Virus record (IMG/VR): IMGVR_UViG_2740892439_000001
Span: 1-24,040 of that record
From: a virus
Taxonomy: Duplodnaviria; Heunggongvirae; Uroviricota; Caudoviricetes
Reading direction: 5' to 3' (one strand)
DNA: 24,040 nucleotides
Below, in pieces: positions 18,307-24,040 of the stretch (its first letter is position 1; every line of letters starts with the position of its first letter). A model generated the notes under the pieces. That model was given only the letters and a program-made list of their open reading frames with translations. It did not search any database and had not been told where the DNA came from. The position numbers and the translations under genes were made by a program.

Positions 18307-18329
18307 AAACCCGCTTCGGCGGGTTTTTT
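18307..18329 (+). terminator. Strong rho-independent terminator
   Basis: aaacccgc-ttcg-gcgggttt stem-loop followed by a T-run, 16 nt after the stop of the DUF2335-like gene. Confidence 0.75.
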
Positions 18330-18348
18330 GCTTTCTGGAGCCTACTAA

Positions 18349-19103
18349 ATGGCAGTATCTGACCAGACCCGCAGCGGCGACCTTGCCGAAACATTCAAAT
18401 CTGAACGGGAAACAACAAAGAACCAGATCCGAGTCGCTTTGCCTGGCATCGTCCAGTCATTCGATCCTGACGCTGTGACGGCGGTTGTGCAGCTTCTATC
18501 CGTTCGGTTGAAACGGATAACGACGGCAATCGCGTTACCAAAAATTACCCGCTGCTGGTGGATGTGCCGGTGGTATTCCCGCGCGGCGGAGGCTGTACGT
18601 TGACTTTTCCGGTAAAAGCTGGGGATGAGTGTCTTGTCGTTTTTGCCGATCGTTGTATTGATTTCTGGTGGCAGAGCGGCGGGATACAGGAGACGATTGA
18701 TAACAGAATGCATGATTTATCGGATGCGTTCTGTATCGTCGGTCCGCAGTCTCTGGCGCAGAAAATCAGCGGAATCAGCACCAGCGCCGCGCAACTGCGT
18801 ACTGATGATGGCGCTGCGTTTGTGGAAGTGGCCGCAGGCCATAACATCACGGTTAAAACCCCCGGCGCGCTGACGGCGACAGCAGAAGGAGGAACCACGA
18901 TCACATCACCCACCATCACGCTAAACGGCAACGTGACAATAAACGGGAATCTCTCTCAGGGGATGGGCGAAAGCGGCGGCACCGCGACGATGCTTGGCCC
19001 TGTCACGGTGACTAACGATGTAAAAGCTGGTGGTAAGAGCCTGATGACGCACACGCACGGCGGAGTACAGACCGGCGGCGGTAACACAGGAGCGCCTAAC
19101 TGA
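18349..19103 (+). CDS. Baseplate central spike protein (gp138 / Mu gp45 / P2 gpV-like), interrupted by an apparent 1-nt indel near 18493-18497
   Basis: N-terminal ...IRVALPGIVQSFDPDAVTAVVQ (frame 1) and YPLLVDVPVVFPRGGGCTLTFPVKAGDECLVVFADRCIDFWW (frame 0) together form one OB-fold spike domain; Gly/Thr-rich beta-helix-like C-terminus; ggag SD before the ATG at 18349. Confidence 0.7.
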
Positions 19104-19456
19104 TGCGATACAGACGTGAAGACGCCGATGGCGATTACACCTTTGGCAGCGGTGATGACACCTGGCTGATTAACTCACCGGAGGCCGTGGCGCAGGCGGT
19201 AAAAACGCGATTCGAATTGTGGTATGGGCAATGGTTTCTTGACACCACTGAGGGGACTCCGTGGATCCAGTCCGTACTCGGTAAGCAGAAGCCGGAAACC
19301 TACAACCTGGCGATCCGTAAGCGCATCCTCGAAACGCGGGGCGTTAAATCAATCCTCTCTTTCAATACGACGGTGGATACCACGACCCGACGTGTCATGT
19401 TTTCCGCTGAAATCGACACTCTCTATGGAATAACGACTGTTACATCGGAGGCGTAA
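19103..19456 (+). CDS. Baseplate protein (gp25 / W-like)
   Basis: 117 aa directly after the spike, TGATG coupling. Confidence 0.5.
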   Translation: MRYRREDADGDYTFGSGDDTWLINSPEAVAQAVKTRFELWYGQWFLDTTEGTPWIQSVLGKQKPETYNLAIRKRILETRGVKSILSFNTTVDTTTRRVMFSAEIDTLYGITTVTSEA

Positions 19457-20652
19457 TGGCTCTGAACCTTGATTCTCTCGGTTTATCTGCAAAGGTAACC
19501 GCGGAGGGGATCAGTGCGCCTGATTATCAGACGATACTCAGCACCCTGATTAGCTATTTTCAGCAGATTTATGGCAGTGATGCCTACCTCGAACCGGACA
19601 GCAAAGACGGCCAGATGGTCGCTCTGGTGGCTCTGGCCATTCACGATGCCAACAACACGGCCATTTCTGTTTACCGGTCATTTTCTCCGTCGACGGCGCT
19701 GGACGATGCATTAACCAGTAACGTCAAAATTAACGGCATCACTCGCCGTGCTGCGACAAACTCTACGGTCGATGAGCTGATTGAAGGCGAAGCCGGAACG
19801 TTAATCACAAACGGGTCTGTGAAAGATGCCAACGGTATCATCTGGAATCTTCCTGCTCAGGTGACAATTGGTATTGATGGGACGGTTATTGCTACAGCGA
19901 CGTGTTCTGTTGCTGGTGCTGTGGCCGCCCCTGCCGGGTCAGTCAATAAGATAAACACCCCGACACGTGGTTGGGTATCAGTAACTAACCCGCAAGCGGC
20001 TACGGTAGGCGTTGCTGCCGAAACAAATGCTGAATTGCGTGTCCGGCAATCACAGAGCGTTGCTTTACCGTCTCTGACGCCGTTTGAGGCGGTAGATGGC
20101 GCGATAGCAAATATCAGCGGCGTAACGCGACACAAGCTGTATGAGAACGATACAGATACCACTGATGCAAATGGCCTGCCTCCGCACTCAATCGCCGCCA
20201 TTGTAGAAGGTGGTGATGCGACGGTCATTGCAAACAGCATTCGTGGTGTGAAAGGGCAGGGCGTAACACCCTACGGTAGTACGGTGATTGTTGTGCCTGA
20301 TAAGTACGGAAACCCTCACTCGGTAGGTTTTTCAAGGCCGGTCGATGTACCCATTTACGTCAAAATCACTATCGAACCTCTTACGGGCTACACATCCCAG
20401 GTTGGCGAAGAGATAAAGGCGGCTGTATCTGCCTACATTAACTCACTGGCAATCGGCGCCAGCGTTCTTCTCAGTCGCGTTTACTCACCGGCTAACCTTG
20501 GTGTTGTCAGTGGTGGTAATGCCAGGTATTACGACATTACCGAGTTGCTGATCGGGACGTCTGCCGGTGGCGTAGCTGCGGCAAACGTGGATATTGCCTT
20601 TGACCAGTCAGCATCCTGTGCCGTCAGCAATATTAATCTGGTGGTCTCATGA
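19456..20652 (+). CDS. Baseplate J-like protein
   Basis: 398 aa; position after the gp25-like gene; size and order match J / gp47-like baseplate wedge proteins. Confidence 0.6.
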   Translation: MALNLDSLGLSAKVTAEGISAPDYQTILSTLISYFQQIYGSDAYLEPDSKDGQMVALVALAIHDANNTAISVYRSFSPSTALDDALTSNVKINGITRRAATNSTVDELIEGEAGTLITNGSVKDANGIIWNLPAQVTIGIDGTVIATATCSVAGAVAAPAGSVNKINTPTRGWVSVTNPQAATVGVAAETNAELRVRQSQSVALPSLTPFEAVDGAIANISGVTRHKLYENDTDTTDANGLPPHSIAAIVEGGDATVIANSIRGVKGQGVTPYGSTVIVVPDKYGNPHSVGFSRPVDVPIYVKITIEPLTGYTSQVGEEIKAAVSAYINSLAIGASVLLSRVYSPANLGVVSGGNARYYDITELLIGTSAGGVAAANVDIAFDQSASCAVSNINLVVS

Positions 20653-21422
20653 GCAGATACACTGACCGCATAACAAACTACCACGCCGGTAAACCAAAGT
20701 TCTTTGCACACGTTGATCTGTCCACCAGGCCACTGAGCGATGTTTCCGATGCAATGTCACGGCTAATACCCGATTTTGATATTGATACCGCCATTGGCGT
20801 GCAGCTTGACGTTGTAGGCGAATGGGTTGGTCGTTCCCGTCGCGTGGCAACACCGGTAACCGGGATTTATTTTTCGTGGGACACCGAACGGGTTGGCTGG
20901 GATCAGGGGGTCTGGCAGGGACCATATGACCCAAACGACGGTTTTATCGATCTAAGCGATGAAATATATCGGCTAATGCTGAAGGTGAAAGTGGCAATAA
21001 ACAACTGGGATGGTCAGAACGATTCGCTGCCTTCAATTCTTGATGCCGCCCTTGCCGGGTCCGGGATCCGCATGGCTATTGTCGACAACCAGGATATGTC
21101 GATTTCCATCTGGATACTCGGTGACCCATCGGTAGCCCTAAGTGAAATAGACCGGTTAATTCTGGATAGCGCCGTCAATAAAGGCCCCTTTATCGCATTA
21201 CCGGCAGGTTACGTGCCTTCGCGCTATGACATTAACCCGATTGACCAGGTTAACAGCGAGCTATGGTGGGCGATTCGGAACGGTTATATGACGGTTAAAG
21301 CCGCAGGGGTTCGTGTCCGTGAAATAGAGACCGTCAGTGATGGTTATCAGTTTTTTGGCTTCGATATCGAAAATGACTATATCGCTGGCTTCGACCGCGG
21401 GTCATGGGGAGAGAGATTTTAA
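20649..21422 (+). CDS. Baseplate/tail protein (DUF2612-like)
   Basis: 257 aa; ATGA coupling; position between the J-like and tail fiber genes. Confidence 0.5.
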   Translation: MSRYTDRITNYHAGKPKFFAHVDLSTRPLSDVSDAMSRLIPDFDIDTAIGVQLDVVGEWVGRSRRVATPVTGIYFSWDTERVGWDQGVWQGPYDPNDGFIDLSDEIYRLMLKVKVAINNWDGQNDSLPSILDAALAGSGIRMAIVDNQDMSISIWILGDPSVALSEIDRLILDSAVNKGPFIALPAGYVPSRYDINPIDQVNSELWWAIRNGYMTVKAAGVRVREIETVSDGYQFFGFDIENDYIAGFDRGSWGERF

Positions 21423-22291
21423 TGGCGACTAACGATTTTAAACCCTTCGCTACTGGTAGCGGGGCAAACGTATTATCACAGGCTGATTATGAAGCGCTAT
21501 CTGTACTGGCATCTGGTTTTCTTTCCGGCAAAGCCTCGTCAGCACAAGTAAATAAAGCACTACGGCAATCCTCTACAATTGCTGCCGTCCTTGCACAATT
21601 CATGGCGGATAGCACAGGAAGCGATGTCCTGGATAATGGGAACATTGCCACGTTACTAAATATTCTCAAGTCCGCACTTAATAATCAGGCAGAAGGACGC
21701 CTGCTCCGCATTCAGGTTTTTACCGCTAGCGGAGCATGGGTAAAAACTGCTGGCACTAAAAAAGTCAGAATTAAAGCATGGGGTGCAGGCGGTGGGGGTA
21801 AGGGAACAGACGTCGCAGGGACTGGTGCACCTAGTGGGGCGGGTGGTGCATATGTTGAGGGATTATATGACGTAAGCACCATTAATGGGGCGAATATCGT
21901 TATTGGCGCTGGTGGCGCGGCAGTTGCAGCAGGGAATGCAGGGGATGGCGGTGATGGGGGAGACACTACCATTACCGCGTTGGGTATCTCTGCTGGCGGT
22001 GGTAAGGGGGGAAAGTCTGCTGGTAATTCTGCTGGCGGAATTCCGGGAGCTCCATCTGTTGGGACAATATTCTCAGTGGCTGGTCAGGGAGGACAGGGAG
22101 GATCAGGTGTAAGCCTGGGTGGTGTAGGTGGCGCATCGCACAGTAGTTATGGTGGCCTTCCACACGTTAGTTCATCCGGTGATGATGGATTTTTCCCTGG
22201 TGGAGGTGGTGCTGGCGCATCATATGACTCAATCGCCAGGGCATCAGGGAAGGGCGCTAACGGCTATGTCATCATTGAGGAGTACGCATAA
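21422..22291 (+). CDS. Tail fiber protein with glycine-rich C-terminal domain
   Basis: Start at ATG 21422 (MATNDFKPFATGSGANVLSQADYEAL is a typical tail fiber N-terminus); residues ~120-280 are mostly Gly/Ala/Ser. Confidence 0.65.
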   Translation: MATNDFKPFATGSGANVLSQADYEALSVLASGFLSGKASSAQVNKALRQSSTIAAVLAQFMADSTGSDVLDNGNIATLLNILKSALNNQAEGRLLRIQVFTASGAWVKTAGTKKVRIKAWGAGGGGKGTDVAGTGAPSGAGGAYVEGLYDVSTINGANIVIGAGGAAVAAGNAGDGGDGGDTTITALGISAGGGKGGKSAGNSAGGIPGAPSVGTIFSVAGQGGQGGSGVSLGGVGGASHSSYGGLPHVSSSGDDGFFPGGGGAGASYDSIARASGKGANGYVIIEEYA

Positions 22292-22488
22292 TGGCAGGTA
22301 ATTACGCAGTCATTGAAAGTGGAATAGTTAAAAACATCATAATTGCGGAAAGCGGTTATGAATATGATGGTGCTGAACTTATCGAATATCCTGAAAGTGT
22401 ATTTTGCCAGCCTGGGATGTTTTATAACAAGGCAGACGGGCTATTTTACGATGATAAAGAATATTCAAAAATAAATAGCAAGAATTAA
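22291..22488 (+). CDS. Small hypothetical protein downstream of the tail fiber (possible fiber assembly/accessory factor)
   Basis: 65 aa, TAATG coupling, AT-rich. Confidence 0.4.
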   Translation: MAGNYAVIESGIVKNIIIAESGYEYDGAELIEYPESVFCQPGMFYNKADGLFYDDKEYSKINSKN

Positions 22489-22512
22489 GTCACTAAATTA
22501 CCAGAAAGCAAA

Positions 22513-22534
22513 CTGACCTTATGGTCGGTTTTTT
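22513..22534 (+). terminator. Putative intrinsic terminator
   Basis: ctgacc-ttat-ggtcgg stem (6 bp with one G-U) followed by ttttttatt. Confidence 0.45.
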
Positions 22535-22546
22535 ATTGGGGCGACC

Positions 22547-24040
22547 ATGAGTGAATACGATACCGGCAATCCTGTGCCGTCTGCATCCATGCCTGATGCA
22601 TGGGATAATATGCAGTCTATTGACAAGTTCGTTAATAGCAGTGATGAAACCATTACCACACGCACAGGCAAACAGTTAGATACTTTGCATGGCGTTAATG
22701 TTAAAGCGGACAACCAGCTAACGCAGCAGCAAGCAGATTTTGAAACCTCGCAAGAAGAAAGGGATGCTGTAGTTGAGGAAACCAGGCAGAACCTGATCCC
22801 TCTCAGCCGGCAGTACATGACGCTGGCGGCGGCACAGGCAGATATTGCTAATATACCTGTTAATTCGTTCACATATGTGCGGGATCAGTCTGGTGATGCT
22901 CTGGCGTTAGAGTACAAAAACGTAGAGGGCACTTTAACGGCTACTGGTCGTAAAATGCCATCACAGCAATCTGTAGATGATGTTTATGCTTTCATAGCTG
23001 ATAACGATATATTGTCTCCTGGTAGAAATATTTATAATTATCGTAAATCAATTGATGGCAAATACCTTAATGAACAGGGTGTTATAAGTGACAACCCGAT
23101 ATATTTCCTTTCTGATTACATGATGGTAAGTCCTGCAATGCAGGTGGCATCAAATTACAACTTGAGATTTGTACACTTTTTCGATGAACAGAATAACCTA
23201 CTAAGCTATTTAACTTTTGTCACGCAGTTTACAACACCATCAAACGCTCGTTATATACGTATCACTGGAGGAATTGACTCCAAAACCCTTTTGCAAATAG
23301 AGGCAGGGCCATTAAAAACCGCGTTTAAATATTATCGTAAATATATTTCTGAAACTCTCCCTGATGGAACTCCAGTTTCAGCAAAAAAAATAATGGGAGT
23401 AACTCCTGGGAAAAACAAGTTTAACAAGGCAACAGCAACGCAGGGATACGCAATTAATGAAAATGGAGAGCTAATCGTTGCCTCAACTTACTTTGTCTCA
23501 GACTACATTAAAGTCACTGCCGGCGGAACATTGAGGCCTTCCCAGCCAGCGCGATATATTAACTTTTATGATGCCAATAAAACATGGCTGTCGTCTCTCC
23601 AGAATCAAAATGGGGCGTTCGCAGTGCCTTCCTCTGCGGCATATCTTCGCATTTCAGTGCTGCTTGCGAGAATCGATTACTTCCAGATTGAGGTTGGAAG
23701 TAAGATGACAGCCTACGAGCCTTACTCACTCACGGCAGCAACTTCGCTTGACGGTGATGGGTTAAAGTATCCGGTGAATGAGCCAGATATCTATAGTATT
23801 GGCCTGTTCAATGCTGGAAAGAATATTTATAACCCCTATACACTGACCGCTGGTTATATCGATGAGAATGGTTTTGTTGTTCCGGGTGGAACGACATATA
23901 AATTTTCTGACTATCTTCCAGTTAAAGCATCAACGGGGTATGTAGGAAATAAAAGCATGCGCTTCATAAACATTTATGATGCGGATAAAGCGTTTATTTC
24001 GACTCTTACCAGCACGACAACATTCACAACCCCGTCTAAT
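22547..24040 (+). CDS. Distal tail fiber / receptor-binding-like protein, 3'-truncated by the window end, with tandem ~130-aa repeats
   Basis: Hand translation from ATG 22547 is open to 24040 (498 codons); absent from the ORF track, which appears to list only ORFs with an in-window stop. About 37 percent GC in a sampled 60-nt stretch. Repeats start near 23057, 23444 and 23849. Confidence 0.6.
   Translation, partial: MSEYDTGNPVPSASMPDAWDNMQSIDKFVNSSDETITTRTGKQLDTLHGVNVKADNQLTQQQADFETSQEERDAVVEETRQNLIPLSRQYMTLAAAQADIANIPVNSFTYVRDQSGDALALEYKNVEGTLTATGRKMPSQQSVDDVYAFIADNDILSPGRNIYNYRKSIDGKYLNEQGVISDNPIYFLSDYMMVSPAMQVASNYNLRFVHFFDEQNNLLSYLTFVTQFTTPSNARYIRITGGIDSKTLLQIEAGPLKTAFKYYRKYISETLPDGTPVSAKKIMGVTPGKNKFNKATATQGYAINENGELIVASTYFVSDYIKVTAGGTLRPSQPARYINFYDANKTWLSSLQNQNGAFAVPSSAAYLRISVLLARIDYFQIEVGSKMTAYEPYSLTAATSLDGDGLKYPVNEPDIYSIGLFNAGKNIYNPYTLTAGYIDENGFVVPGGTTYKFSDYLPVKASTGYVGNKSMRFINIYDADKAFISTLTSTTTFTTPSN

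Noticed and set aside
21712-21972. Pro/Ala-rich 86-aa minus-strand ORF
   Set aside because: Reverse complement of the Gly-rich fibre codons (GGN read as NCC); not a gene.
22519-22872. 117-aa minus-strand ORF at the start of the distal fibre region
   Set aside because: Overlaps the 498-codon plus-strand open frame that begins at an ATG with an SD right after a terminator; the plus-strand frame is far longer and repeat-structured.
1-24040. CRISPR array, tRNA, integrase or attachment site
   Set aside because: No short direct-repeat/spacer periodicity, no cloverleaf-compatible segment and no recombinase-like ORF were seen by eye; the repeats found are in-frame protein repeats. A proper tRNA/CRISPR scan was not possible here.

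Overview
This window is an almost uninterrupted plus-strand late (virion morphogenesis) operon of a contractile-tailed dsDNA phage or prophage. The host is probably enterobacterial, but that is inferred only from base composition and codon feel. Gene order is: terminase small and large subunits, portal, MuF-like head morphogenesis protein, scaffold/protease-like protein, cement-like protein, major capsid protein, head-tail joining proteins, tail sheath, tail tube, tail assembly chaperone with a -1 programmed frameshift site, tape measure, baseplate hub, central spike, gp25-like and J-like baseplate proteins, and tail fibers (the last gene runs off the window end). The best candidate for an undescribed system is an AT-rich three-gene accessory cassette at 16870-18329 (signal-peptide protein, small protein, DUF2335-like membrane protein) with its own promoter/palindrome region and a strong intrinsic terminator, inserted between the baseplate hub and spike genes. 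Other non-canonical content: a minus-strand pair of small genes upstream of terS; four single-nucleotide frame disruptions in essential genes (terL, tape measure twice, spike), the three resolvable ones in short homopolymer runs, meaning either sequencing error or a decaying prophage; and an AT-rich distal tail fiber gene with tandem ~130-aa repeats. All family names come from reading the translated ORFs from memory; no database search was run, so they are hypotheses.
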